Positions 13,419 through 26,765 of a stretch of 64,000 nucleotides of DNA are shown here, piece by piece. This stretch comes from Utricularia gibba (lineage: Eukaryota > Plantae > Magnoliophyta). The notes under the pieces are model-generated. The model had not been told where the DNA came from. It saw only the letters and a program-made list of their open reading frames with translations, and did no database searches. The stretch is taken from positions 310,001 through 374,000 of the forward strand of contig NEEC01000029.1 of NCBI GenBank assembly GCA_002189035.1, in the 5' to 3' direction. How positions within the stretch are numbered: position 1 is the stretch's first letter; the number at the start of each line of letters is the position of its first letter. A program made the position numbers and the translations under genes.

Positions 13419-13936
13419 TCTGGCTGAAGAAGACACAATCGTGAGAGTTTATCCTGAATTAAGACTCCGTATCCCTCGAATTTCAAAGGTTCGATAGACA
13501 AATTCATCAAAGAAACTAGATGCTTTCGTACTTGCAGGACACTATTTGACGACCAATAAAGAGATTTGGTTTGGAAATTCCGTTTCAAAAACACAAGCTA
13601 CAGTACAACGATGGATCAACTAGCAAGTCAAAAAGAAAATGCAATGGATCAACGAAGGTTACCACTCGTGAAGGGATCGCCGCCACAGATCCAGAAAACG
13701 CTGCAGGGTTGAAGGTCTAGTCCATGATGGTGGCCTTTGGAAAATTTTAAGCGTCACCCAAAATTATAAAATTAAATAAAATATTTTTGAAATAAGTAAA
13801 ATAAATAAACTCTCCTCAAATTCAAATGCGGGTATCTTCTCCATGTGCTGCCACTACAACGGCTAATTGTGGTCTCTCTCTATCTCGCGCTCTCCACAGT
13901 CCAAGTTCTTCGGCTTCCGTACCACGTCTTCTTCCG

Positions 13937-16900
13937 ATGAAGAGTTTCGCGTCAAGAAATCCGATCTTGAGGGAGAATCATGACGCCCTTGCTGCGGCTT
14001 GCACTCCAAAGTCCAAATCTAGCTATCGGAAGCCCAGCAGGCCGAGAAAAGAAAATGCGCCCCCCAGATCTCAGCTCTCTTGCGGCTGCGAAGATGAAGA
14101 GTCCACTTCCGCCTCGTCCTCCACTCAAACGCAAACTCGTTGTGGAGTCAGATACTTGTGCTGTGGCTTCAAATTCTGCAGATTCAGGCGTCAAGGTAAC
14201 CTTACAGTATCTTTAGTTCTGCCCTTGAAGGCACACATACTAAGTTTTAGTTCACTAAGTTCTTGCTCACCAAATCCATTGCCATGTGGAATTTCAGATG
14301 ATGAACTTGATGATTTTTTTTTTTTTTTAACTTTTAACATATTTCAATCTGGTTGATTTTCTGGTACTCATTTAGATAGAATGCTGTTCATATTTTGGTG
14401 CTAGGTTAACATATTTTTGCTTGCTACGGTTGGCTGACTGTGTAATTTGAGGGTCCTCCGTGAACTAGGTAATGGTGCGCATAAGACCATCATCCAATGA
14501 AGAAGATGGAGGAAGTGTAATTCAGAAGATTAATGAAGACTCGTTAACAATATCAGGACAGACATTTACGTTTGACAATGTTGCTGATGTTCAGTCTAAA
14601 CAGGCATGGTCTTCTACCTATTTTCCTTGAGAAGTTACTGCAATTGGGTGACTGCAGAATGAGAATCTTCTTTTCTTGTGGGTATGCAGAGTGATATATT
14701 TGAGTATGTTGGGGCACCTCTTGTCGAAAATTGTCTATCAGGGTTTAACAGCTCTGTTTTTGCATATGGGCAGGTATTTTAAACTTTAAGTTTTATATGC
14801 GAAGTCATTAATGTAAATGACCTATCTTTACATGAAATTGTTCACTGATTGAGTAGACCGGTAGTGGGAAAACGTACACCGTTTGGGGTGCATGCGATAT
14901 GCTGCTTGATGGGGAACAGAAGGGTCTAGCACCTCGTGTATTTCAACGATTATTTCAGAGGATTAAGGAGGTCGGCCCTTGATTTTGTTTGAGCTTTTAT
15001 TTGACAAAGTATAGTTTCGTTTATCTATGTCTTCATTTATATGTAGGAAGAAGTTAAGCAAGCTGACAGACAGCTGATTTTTACATGTTGTTGCTCTTTT
15101 CTTGAGGTAAGGGGGATCATCGTTACAATAATTCAAGCTTCACTGATTCTCTTATTTCTCAGCATCAGCTGTAAATGCTTAATCCTTATATACACAGATA
15201 TACAATGAACAAATAACTGACTTGCTGGATCCTAGCCAGACTAACCTTCAGGTAGTAATAACCATTCTACTTAACAGACTGATATATTTATTTTCTTAAA
15301 CATATTGGTATTATAATTTACATTTCTAGATAAGGGAAGATCTTAAAACTGGCGTGTATGTTGAAAGTCTGAGGAAAGAGTATGTATCCTCCATGAAAGA
15401 TGTGTCACAACTTCTTGTGAAGGTATATGTTGGTTCTAAAATTGATCCTTTTCTTCTTAGAAAATATGGTCGTGAGATTCAAAATTATAAAAATGTCTTT
15501 GCAGGGATTGTCAAACCGAAGGACTAGTGCCACTAGTGTAAATGCTGAAAGTTCTAGATCCCACTGCGTGTTCACATGTGTAGTTGAATCCCGTTTCAAG
15601 GTATTTTGATTTTTATTAACTCACTGACCCTTCTGCTGTATAGAAAATGAAATATTTTTGTTCCATTTTTCCTTAATCTGCATTTTCTTTTCACCTGTTT
15701 ATGTATACTTATGATGATGCCATTATAGAGTCATACTGACGGCCTGATGCGTGTCAAGATGAGTAAAATCCATTTTGTTGACCTTGCTGGATCTGAGAGA
15801 CAAAAACAAACTGGTGCATCTGGAGAACGGTTAAAAGAAGCTGGAAATATTAACCGCTCTCTTTCACAATTAGGGTGAGAAGGATTTTTTATTTTACGGT
15901 ACCTTATATCATTATAAGATATAGTTGAACAAGTGATAGATTTATTTCTGAATACAGTTTGCTGATTTTCTTTTCCTTAATTATGGACTGGTTTTCTTTG
16001 AAATAATAGGAACTTGATAAACATATTGGCGGAGGTTTCACAGGCTGGAAAGCAAAGGCATATTCCTTACAGGGATTCAAAATTAACCTTCTTGTTACAA
16101 GAATCTTTAGGTGGGAATGCAAAGTTGACAATGATTTGTGCAGTTTCTCCATCTTCAAGGTAAAGCATTCACTAAATTGGTTTAATATGAAACCAAAACA
16201 TTATTAAATTCAGCTTCAGTGTGTTGGTCATGATCTTGACTGGAGATCCCAAGCTACGAAGTTATCATGTTTTCCAATGGAAAGAACATGACAGTTCATG
16301 AAATGGAAATTTTCCAGCATTTTGCGTAATGCAATTTCATGTTGTAGGTTTTATGGACCTATGCTGACTTTAACAGGCTGTGGCCAGATGTTTTATAATG
16401 GTTATTCAATAGATGATTTTATGAGGAAGATATATTTGTTTTCTGAATGCTATTCCTAACTTTTGTTTGTGTTTGGTTTTGAAGCTATACGAGTGAGACA
16501 CTGAGTACTCTAAGATTTGCTCAACGTGCGAAGTCCATCAAAAACAGAGCTGTAATCAATGAAGAAACGCAGAATGATGTAAACATATTAAGACAAGTCA
16601 TTCGGCAGCTAAGGGATGAGTTGCAAATAATGAAGAACAATAACAAACAAGCTAGCCAGGGTGGAGCATATGCAACTTCACGTAGTGCAAGGAGAAGCTT
16701 AAATTTGCTGAGATTCAGCCTCTCCCAACCAACAGTTTTGCCTCATGTTGAGGATGATAGTGATGAAGAAATGGAAATTGTGGACAACAGTGAGCCAATG
16801 CCGTCTATCCATGAAGAAACATATGCATCAGAACAAAATAATGAAGATGCAGCTGTTAGTATGGATGATGAATTAATAGATCTTGGGGCTAGAGATGATT

Positions 16901-19219
16901 TGGGTGGTAAAATGGCCCCTAAACTGGTGCCTCATGAAGGAAAGTCAGGGGTTGCCGTTGATAATAGCTTGTCAGGACCGGATTATTGCACAGAACTGGT
17001 TGCTGATATGCCCCTTTCTGCATGTATGGCCAGGCGCAAGGAAAACATTAATTGCAGTAATAATGCAACAGTTGCTACCGTTGGGGCTGCTACGAGCAAT
17101 GTTTCTACTGTTGTGGATTCTCCTATTCCTAGTAAATCGCCAAGGCTTGGCACAGGTAGTAAAAGTCCAAGGGCCTCATCAGCATCTGCATCTCAATGTG
17201 TTCAAAGTCAGATCATGTCCACTGTGAAGCCTTATAAAAGTAAATGCTTGAAGTCTCTGTCTGATCCAAAATCTTGTTTTGCATCAAATGAGCATTTGGC
17301 AGCAGCTCTTCACCGTGGTCTTGAGATTATTCAGAGTCAGCATTTTAATCCTCCTTTGAGGAGATCATCATTTAGACCCACTTCAACAACCACCGAAATT
17401 AACACAGTTATTCCAGTTGCTAAAGTTGATGCGGGTGTGCAAGCTGCTTTTCAGGATCTTGAGCCAGTTCTTGAGGATGCAGGTGGATCTCTTTGTATAA
17501 AGTGCAAGAATGAAAAATCTCAGCAAGATTTTGAAAATGATAATGGGGGAGATTTCCATAATCTACAGCTAGTACCTGTTAACAATTCATCATTTGATGA
17601 AAAATTCAGAAACCAAGTTCCAAAAGTACGTAGGCTTACTTTATATAAGATTTATGGAGTTGTGCTTTTAATTGAAAATCTTATCTTCTATTGTTTATCT
17701 GGATTCAGGCAGTTGAAAAGGTATTAGCTGGAGCTATTCGGAGAGAGATGGCCCTAGAAGAACTATGTTTTAAGCAAAATTCCGAGATCATGCAACTTAA
17801 CCGTTTGGTATGCACCTGAAGTCGAAGGGGTAATTCATCATCTGTCATGTACATGATATGAGTTTTTCATGGTTCTGATGCAGGTCCAGCAGTACAAGCA
17901 TGAAAGGGAGTGTAATGAGATAATTCGTCAAGCTCATGATGATAAGCTCGCACGTCTTGAGGGTTTAAAAAGTGGAATATTACCGGCCCATGATTTAATG
18001 GACGAAGAAGTAGTGGCTCTCGCTCATGAAAACAAGGTATAGTTACTGTAACGTTTGAAGGGTATGATGAAGCTTCTAATGTTTTGGGAAAATTTTGTGA
18101 CTGCCTCCTAATGTTTTCAGATTCTTCTTGAAAAGTATGAAAACCATCCTGATGTCACGGAGACTAAAATTGAGTTAAAAAGGGTTCAGGATGAAGTGGA
18201 AAGGTATCAAAACTTCTTTGACTTGGGCGAGAGAGATATTTTGCTGGAAGAAATACAAGATTTGAGAAATCAGCTGCAGTTCTATCTGGATTCTTCAGCC
18301 AGAACATGCAGAGGGCAGGCTCAGCACCTTCAGCTTACTTCTTCTTCACGTGAGGCAACCGCCACTCCTTTGGTTGTTGCGCCTATTCTATCTGAGAGCA
18401 CAGAGAAAAGGCTTCATCAGGAGGGAATCCCATGGGCAGATGCAGGGAGTAAATGGAGTTATCTTGTAGAAGAGCTTAGGGCAGAACTTGAAGAAGCTAG
18501 ATCCATTATTCAAAGGCAACAGCAAGAACTGGATCTTGAGAAGAAGTGTTCTGAGGATCTTAAAGAAGCAATGACAATGGCGATGGAAGGTCATGCACGA
18601 ATGCTGGAACAATACGCAGACCTAGAGGAGCAGCACATGGAACTCCTTGAAAAGCATAGGAAGATTCAAGATGGAATTGATGATGTTAAGAAAGCAGCAG
18701 CCAAGGCAGGAGTAAAAGGCCCAGATTCCAAGTTCATCAATAAACTTGCGGCAGAAATTTCAGCCCTGAAAGTAGAAAGAGAAGCAGAGAGACGGAAGTT
18801 TCGAGATGAGAACAAGGGGCTCAAGGCACAGCTGCGGGATACAGCAGAAGCTGTGGAGGCCGCTGGTGAGTTATTGGTGCGGCTCAGAGAAGCTGAGGAA
18901 GCTTTAGCAGCTGAACAGGTGATGTAACTCGTGCATCCCCTGCTTTTAGGGCGTGTGTGCACACAAAACACCTAGAATTAGTTCACGAGCTCATAAACAA
19001 TATCTCCACTTTTTGAACGTGCAGGGACGAGCCAAAGCAGCTGAGCAGAAAATGGAAAATGCCTGCAGAAGTTGTATGGATAAGCTGATCACGTTGCATG
19101 CCGCTGAGCCAGCGCAGAGAGAACTGGTCTCTGGTGAAGAAAGCGAGAGTGGTGTTGCATGGAAAGAAGAAGTAGGGTCCCCGTCGTGGTTCTACGGCTA
19201 CGACCGGTGCAACATTTGA
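13937..19219 (+). CDS. KIN12: Kinesin-12 (PAKRP1/KIN12A/B-like phragmoplast kinesin)
   Basis: [20 protein letters not shown]; P-loop [11 protein letters not shown]; SSRSH; [10 protein letters not shown]; [10 protein letters not shown]; long coiled coil; C-terminus [11 protein letters not shown]. Frameshift at C6 run 14060-14065. GC donor at 14604. Confidence 0.93.
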
Positions 19220-19484
19220 TGAAGCCATGCACGGGTAACTAAACTGGTCACCCTTCTTTACAGATGATTTGATTTACAGATGAACTGTTTCTAGTGCCTC
19301 TGGCCCGGTCCAATTTCAGTAGCCAGATCCAAATCAAATTGCACCAATATTTTTTTATAAAAAAGAATTTAGTTATCACCAATTCTTGTGCCTCTTGGGA
19401 TTAAAATAATGGTGTGGTTTGGTGGTATTGTTGCTTTTTTTTTTTTTAATATGATGAGATGGGAAGCATGGAGTAAATCTATGA

Positions 19485-19507
19485 ATGTATGTATGTATGT
19501 ATGTATG
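19485..19507. repeat. (ATGT)n microsatellite
   Basis: About 5 tandem ATGT units. Confidence 0.9.
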
Positions 19508-19536
19508 CGTATGAATCATGGAGGGCATGGGGCATG

Positions 19537-19651
19537 GTTAGTGGTGTCCAGAGGATAAATGGGACATGTTGCGGGGATCACATGACTTTGGTGTGGCTGG
19601 CTGAGGCTCACATCATTTATTCATTTTCTGTTAGTGGTGTCCAGAGGATAA
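19537..19651. repeat. Exact 22-bp direct repeat, two copies
   Basis: GTTAGTGGTGTCCAGAGGATAA at 19537-19558 and 19630-19651. Confidence 0.95.
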
Positions 19652-20408
19652 GGAGTGATCACCATCACAAGAACCGACGCCCCAGAAGGCAGTCCATGTG
19701 GATGGAGACCATAAAACAGTTGGCCTCCGCCCTTGTCGTCCCTGACTGATATCGCCCCTCCACCCCCAATCCCCATGGACGACGTCAGCATGACAGCTTC
19801 CAATCCCTCTCTCGCGCGATGGGTCGAGTGATCTGATGTCCTGTTGGATCCTGGACTTGAAAACGTATTTGGTGAGACAGAAGGGGCAGGATTGAATTGC
19901 TTGGCATGGTACATAAGGAGAAAGAAGCGGATCTTGCTTTACTGGCTACTGCTGTATTGAACTGACACTTGTGTGTTTTCATGATTGCAGGCAGGGTAGG
20001 CCATTCCCATTCCCATTCCCTCTCTCTCTAATCATCGTTCTCTATTGGACCACTCATCCCAACCATCGAGTTAATGCTTGTCATGTGCTGCCCCTCACTT
20101 GCTTCTCTTGGTTGATAATTAACCTCTACTTTCACTTACCACAGCCAAAGCATCATATATCACATTACAAGCATTCAGGGACATGTCTTCTTTCTCTCTG
20201 TTACATACTTTGAATTCCAAAGAACGAAACTAATGATGACTAGTAATCCTGGAGGCTAAGGCTGAACTGAACTGAACTCGACTTGTTTGGCTTGAAGGAG
20301 TCATCTTATTCCATGTTATGCCTTCTCTACAGAAGCCGCTCTCACTCGGGGCCTCAAATGAAAAGAATAGAACCTGGAATGCCAAAAGATGGATTGACAA
20401 AAACAGGA

Positions 20409-22250
20409 TCAATGCTCGATCTTCATCTGAGTTGGCTTGAGAACCCCTGCCCACAAGAAGAAGAAAAAAGAAACAGCACCATCAACACATCAAGTCTATC
20501 TAGTGTTTCTGCGGCTTCGGTGAAGAACCGCGCTCACCGGGGAATTCTTGGGACTCATCCTCTCTGAAACCCATATGTACAACAGTGTGGAGGTCATCTT
20601 CCAGGAACATGGAAACCTACGCATATCATTTGAAGGCAGACATAACATTATTGCATTGCATGAACATATTTACAGGGGAAAAAAGGAGTCCTGGATTTAC
20701 TCGAGATGTGGTTTCGCTGTAAATCTCCATGGGCGGTGACTGCTTTCTATGGTTATTGGAAATGGGCATTGCCCCGTGCAAGTTTGTCTGTGAGTGGATA
20801 CAATAGCTTTCTGAAGGATTAGCATAATGATTAAAGAGTCCACGAGCCTGACACATCTGCCATGATGACGAAGAAAAAGGGCCATTATGAAAGAGGAGAG
20901 CAGAAGTGCGCTTTGAAATGATTTTTTTATTGCTTCTTACATCTTTGACAACTGCAGTTTCCATGTTGTAGTCCATTCTAGGTGTTACTGTTGCCAGTTT
21001 CATCGACAGAAACTATAACCAGGGAAAAGGTAAGTAACCGCAGTACAAGGTTACAACAAGCAAGAAAGAAGGGAGTTCACCTCTACTTGCCGCTGCAGAG
21101 ACTGTACATAATTAATGATCTCATCAAGCATAACAGCTTTCCCAGCAATCTGACCATGAAAAGGATTCATAAAATATAACTTTAAAGGTAAAATGCTTGG
21201 AACCCCCTTGACATGTTATTCTATCATACCTTGTTACAACCAGGAACAAGATCTTGCAGGATTCTCATTCTTTCACTGATCTTCTCTCTTCGTACCTATA
21301 AAGTGCAAAGAATTGAAAAGTGGGTAAAAAATTAGGAAGACAAACGCAGAGTACAGAAGAATGATTCTAAGGTTCACACTCTTTCAGCAAGACTGTGGGC
21401 ATCAGTAGCTTGACCCCTCCTAGCCCTGACATGAATATAGTCCTTGGGAGGTTCCGGAGCCTTTGAATCCTCCTTCTGTTGCTTGTGGTTCACACCAGGC
21501 TTGACTTTTATGGCATCCCCCTTTTCACTGTAGCTTCTATTTTCTTCTGATTTGCATCTTTTTGCATAACTCTCGGATGGCGCCTGTAGAAAGCATCAGA
21601 CCATGAATCAGAACAGAACTCCAGATATTGAGGGATAATTCACAGAGACTCACATTGACTTGTTTGGCTGGGGGAATTGCAGATGTCTCTTTACCCCTTC
21701 CCTTTGCTGGCGCTTTTCTTTTTCTTGGATTCGCTGGTATTAGCTCTGAAAGCGAGGAGTTCTCAATGGAATCCCCAGGAGCAGCATTTAGAGCTTGTTG
21801 CTGTGGTGCAAAGGTAGGACATTCGTAGATCTTGCCACGATCCGGACCCGGATCCGTGACCAGAGAGTTGTTGGTGAAGCAAGAGAAACCTCCTCCTCGA
21901 ATTTCCGGCAAACTCTCTCTGATCCGCTGCTTCTCCACACCCGACGAGTTGATTCTTCGAGGAGAATTAAGTGGCGTACTGTAACACGAAGCATCGGCGC
22001 CCCCACCGCCGTTCGCGGCCGAAATCTCGCCGGAATTGCATATCCCTCCAAGCCTCCCAATGAGTTCCTTGATGACAATGTGTTGGCCATTGAAATTGCA
22101 GCCACCGCTATTGGCGGCGTTCGAAGCAGTTGGCGAACAAACCATGGAGCTCAAAGCTGACTCAAAAGGATCATTCTGATGGTCCATTAAACCATTGTCC
22201 CAACTTGTGTTGAAAAAGCTGCAGTTGAGATACAGATTCTCCTTCTCCAT
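20409..22250 (-). CDS. bHLH transcription factor, subfamily XII (CIB/bHLH62/78-like)
   Basis: [24 protein letters not shown]; RKRKA; [44 protein letters not shown]; [27 protein letters not shown]; [12 protein letters not shown]; final exon [12 protein letters not shown]. Confidence 0.92.
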
Positions 22251-22532
22251 CTTCCTCAGGAACAGCAACGTACCAAAACCAGAATCTTTCCGGAGGAAGA
22301 CGCCACAAGATGAGAGAAAAAGATGGCCTTGGCTTTCTTCTCTGCTTCACCCTTTTCGAAAGCAACAATCATACAGAAGAGCATTTATACTGCCAACCCG
22401 CACCTCACCACATGCCGAGCTGGTGTCGATTGTCGATTTTGTTGCTTAATTAGAGATTATCGATGCTGATTAATTTAATTAATTGAATCGCTCTTGGGCT
22501 TCATAGCGAATCTGTTAGTGGACGGCACAAGG

Positions 22533-22662
22533 GGCCCAACATAGTAAAAGGGTAGGCTCATTATATTGTCTGTGTCTACCGGCTCATATAAGGCCTTATT
22601 TCAGCCCTGAGCTTCCACAGCAGTGGCCCATGATCCATTCCATTGCTGACACTCAACCCTAA
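22533..22662. promoter_or_regulatory. Site II elements plus telo-box-like motif of RPS15
   Basis: GGCCCA at 22533 and 22625; AACCCTAA at 22655-22662. This combination is established for plant ribosomal-protein genes. Confidence 0.65.
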
Positions 22663-22757
22663 AACCAACTTCCGCTGCCATTTCCTTCATCCATTTCGAT
22701 CTCAGCCGCTTGCCGCCGGAATCGCCTCCGAAAGGACACATCGATTTCACTGCTACT

Positions 22758-23662
22758 ATGGTAATCTGCTTCTATGTTCGTTAGGTTGAGATGTCCTCAA
22801 TGTAACCGTTCGTTGATTCTCCTTTTAACAGGCGGATGTGGAAACTGATTTGGCGGCTGGGCAACCGAAGAAGAGAACTTTCAAGAAGTTCTCTTTCAGG
22901 GGCGTCGATCTCGATGCACTGCTTGATATGTCCACCGACGAGCTGGTCAACCTCTTCAATGCTCGAGCTAGGAGAAGGTGAGAACACCAGTCCACTGCTC
23001 GGTTCTCTTGGGATTTTTGTCTCGTGCCTTCTTCTAACTGAAAATGTGCAGGTTTCAGAGGGGCCTAACGAGGAAGCCAATGGCGTTGATCAAGAAGCTT
23101 CGCAAGGCTGTAAGTCAATCTAAACTTACAGTTTCTTTATGGTAGTATATGCACTGCGATGCCCGTCCCTATAGTTAGTCGCCCTCCCAAAGCCGCATCT
23201 TGGAGCCTTTATATTAATGTTGACGGATCCATTTAAAGGCGTGAGAGAGATTTGTGATCAATCCGTGCAATGCTTCTATGTTGTTTGGGAAATAGGGCAT
23301 TTTTAGTTTAGGACAAGGTTCTTGCTCGTACAGCATCATTTTGGGGTTTGTCTATAGCGAAGCAGCTGAAACTATGTGATTTTTTATACATTTTTTGGAT
23401 GGCTGTTTTCCAGAAACGCGATGCTCCGTCTGGTGAGAAGCCAGCAATGGTGAGAACCCACCTGCGAAACATGATCATCGTCCCAGAGATGATCGGTAGT
23501 GTTCTTGGTGTTTACAACGGGAAGACATTCAATCCGATCGAGATAAAACCGGAAATGATCGGACACTATCTTGCCGAGTTCTCCATCAGTTACAAGCCCG
23601 TTAAGCATGGAAGACCCGGTATCGGTGCCACCCACTCTTCCCGGTTCATCCCTCTCAAGTGA
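22758..23662 (+). CDS. RPS15: 40S ribosomal protein S15 (uS19)
   Basis: Exons 22758-22760, 22832-22977, 23052-23109, 23414-23662 give [69 protein letters not shown]. Confidence 0.98.
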
Positions 23663-24162
23663 AGATTGCACTTGCTAAGCTTCCAGTTGTTGGCTTGCTT
23701 ATCTCCATCGCCTACTCCATTTATTGTTTTACTCTGGATTTGAATTTCAGGGTCTTCCCTCCCCCTCCCTTTTGACTAATTCTTCGATTACCACGGTAAC
23801 CCATGAAAGGCTCCTAACAGCACAAAGAACAGTAACAACAGGGGTCAGCCGTAATGGTCACCTTTATCAACTAGAAAAAAAGAGGTAACGAAGTAACAGC
23901 ATTCCTCTCCGGAAGTCTCTCACTCTCTATCCGTCGGAAGGGAACTCCCGTCGTTCTCCACAACTTTGAAGTGCTGGGGTGGCTGCCCTTTGCAGTGTAA
24001 CTTCCACATTTTGAAGAAGGCGGCACGTTCCAGATTCTTTACCTGCAGCATCAGTTCACTGGACTCAACCCCATGCCACCTCCAGAATTCTCGTACGTAT
24101 GCAATGTGATGCAGGCTTAGCCATCGCCTGGTGTCGAAGAGGGGGCAAGTAAGGCATGAAAA

Positions 24163-24317
24163 GGTAAGGCCGTCTTCTCTTTGCAGTTAGTATCAATTTG
24201 AAGGATGCTGCTTAATCTTTGGTTGTTGTTTCATGGAGAATGTTTCAGTTGCTTGCTTACTTTGCTGAAAGGAAGATATCTGAGGCAACACTGAGAAGAA
24301 ACAATGTAATGCAAGAA
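24163..24317 (+). pseudogene. Remnant intron plus exon of the primase homolog
   Basis: Near-identical to 28656-28808. Encodes LLAYFAERKISEATLRRNNVMQ, then diverges; no flanking exons. Confidence 0.85.
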
Positions 24318-24541
24318 ACGAACATGAAGCAACGCTTGTCTAATGTTTGATCCCACAATCCCAGAACCCATTCACCTCCCGACTCCAGTCATGAGTCTGT
24401 TGGAGATGCACTCTACAAAGGGTGCATGCAGATAGGAGAGATTTGACAGGATCATAAACTATGATGTAATGACATGAAGAAAATATTTTAAGCATCCAGC
24501 AGCAGCATCACAACACACAAAGAATGCAAGTACACGCCCCC

Positions 24542-25912
24542 TCAAAAAAATATTTTACGTAGGGGAGCCATGGCTGGACTCCTCGAAAAATCGTATATGG
24601 CCACAGCTTCTTTCATAACTTCGTCTCGGGAAAGTCTTTCAGCTCTCTCCTCTCCTGAGGGATAAGTTTCCAGGAAGTCTCCAAAGCCTTTTGAACCCCC
24701 CTCCTCTTAAACAAATTGGGAGCCTCTCGAGGATTGTAACCTGCTGACGCCATTAGCATGAGCCCTATATGATCTGCCTCCATCTCGTTCCTACAAACAT
24801 CAAGAATGGGCCATTTACCCTCTTATCATGGATTGCCAAACACCATGGAATCAAATCCACTGCAAGCAAATCACCAAACAAGTAAAGTTATCTACTCCAA
24901 CGGTGTTAGTAAAATCACCAACCTTCGGGAAAGCGGAAGAAATAACAACACATGAGCCACTTCGATGGCAAGTTCATTTACAAGAAAGCTTTGTATAATC
25001 AACCACAACAATATCTTCTCGCCAGAGTGGCCAGCGAAGACATGCGCGACCTGCACATAAAAAATGTCCCATAATCCAACATGTAATTATATGACTAAAG
25101 AGCCAATGTGTTTGTTTGCTTTTTTACCTCGTGTGCAAGAACAGCTGCAACTTCAGCATCTGTCCGACAAAACTCAAGCATACCGGTATACATAAATATC
25201 TTACCATTGGGTAAACAATAAGCCTCATCAGAAGGATCATCAACCAAAATAACTTCCCAAGCCACCCCTTCCAAATACTTATTTTTCGGTCACCAACCAC
25301 AGTACTCTTACTCATTGATGCGTCTAGAGTATCATCCTTGGTATCTCTCCCCAACGCCTTTCTTAAGTAGCTCAAAACGGGCACCTCTCTCGCCCTGGGC
25401 AATTCATCAATTATGCGCTGTGCTATGGCCCCAACCCTCACACTATCTGGATGAAGAGGAGACAAAACTCGGTCTCCGTATTCATATTTTCTCCACTCAA
25501 CGACAACGTCCGCGATCGTCCTGTGGAAACTACGAGGTAAAAGCCCACATTGGGTTCTATTCGTATAAGGGGTAATCACCACAATCCCATGGCAGATGAT
25601 CACGCATGAGACTGCGACAAACGTGGCAACTACAACCAAAGTATCCCTACCAATCGGGAACCATCGGTTGGGCTTATGGAAGTGATTAAGATGTGTCTTA
25701 CGGGTGTCGAAAAATCTCTTCCACCTACCAGCATCATGGCTCTGCCATAGACTTTTAGTAGCCAGCATCCTAGTGTATCTGAAAATCTGTCGCCCAATTG
25801 GGAGCACATTTGAAGAACTGGACAAGGGGTTCCACGGCCGACAACGGAGATAGAAAAATAGGCTTCTGGGTACAAAATTCAATCTTGAACGTATCATGTA
25901 ACAAGAAGCCAT
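24542..25912 (-). CDS. OMA1-like M48 zinc metallopeptidase, copy 1
   Basis: Three exons; mitochondrial-type presequence; VITPYTNRT; WEVILV..AYCLPNGKIF; HEVAH zinc motif split by an intron; NEMEADHIGLMLMASAGYNP. Two homopolymer frameshifts (25282-25286, 24696-24701). Confidence 0.78.
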
Positions 25913-26108
25913 TATGGCAATCTCTGGCTCTAGCTTTCGGTTTTCGTTTGATGAAAAAGTGAGGGAGGGATTGGTGGCCGCTACAGTTTGAGCACATGTA
26001 ATGTTTTAAGGGCCCAACCCACGTTCATTCTTGTTGGGGCCCATTGAAGTGCAACGGCCTGTAAATACCTCACATCACGCGCCTCTGCCCGCCAAGACGA
26101 TCATTTAA

Positions 26109-26388
26109 ATGTACTTGGAACACACGCTATCATCATTATTGCGTCTTTTCAACGGGGTGAACGACACCGCCGTTTCTACTACCGACGCCATGACGCTGTG
26201 AGAGATTGTCAAAATTGTATTGGATCGATTTGATCAGAATAAACGCCCTCCTACACCACCCACTGCCCAGAAAAGTGAAGATCTATCCAGATTTTTGCTA
26301 GGATTCATCTCGGGAGCGACTACGATAGGTTTCGATGTTTCACTGTACTACTTGGGAAAAAAGAATGGCCGTAGAGGTGGATTCTGAA
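26109..26388 (+). pseudogene. Disrupted copy of an orphan ORF (intact-looking copy at 32046-32261)
   Basis: MYLEHTLSSLLRLFNGVNDTAVSTTDAMTL* with a stop at 26199, then continues EIVKIVLDRFDQNKRPPTPP..GFISGATTIGFDVSLYYLGKK. Confidence 0.4.
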
Positions 26389-26765
26389 TGGGGTTAGTAC
26401 GAATCTTGATATGACGTTTTCTTCCTCTTGTTAATAGTGATACGATTTCTTGAAACATGTGATCAATTTGAATCTTGTCCATTTCTCGATCATGCGTATT
26501 TCTTGGGGGTGGGGTAAATTCCAGTTGAAGAAGCCCCGTTTTAATAAAATGCGCTCGTGTAAAATGTGGGGAACGAATGTTCTTGCACTGAAACCCGTGA
26601 GATGATCTCCTGTTTAATTCTTATCGGCTTTCAGCCCCACGCACCTCCCCTCCATTTCTGTTTGTGGGATTAATGCATCCTCCCACCCACACAATGGATC
26701 CAATTCCATAAAGATCCGGGTTCGGAGTGCACTCGGAAAGAATGGTTCTGTGGCATCATTGATTG

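Noticed and set aside
19621-19914. HGLPSG segment as a CLE/TDIF-type peptide precursor
   Set aside because: No signal peptide, and it lacks the xxPSGPNPxxN/H consensus.
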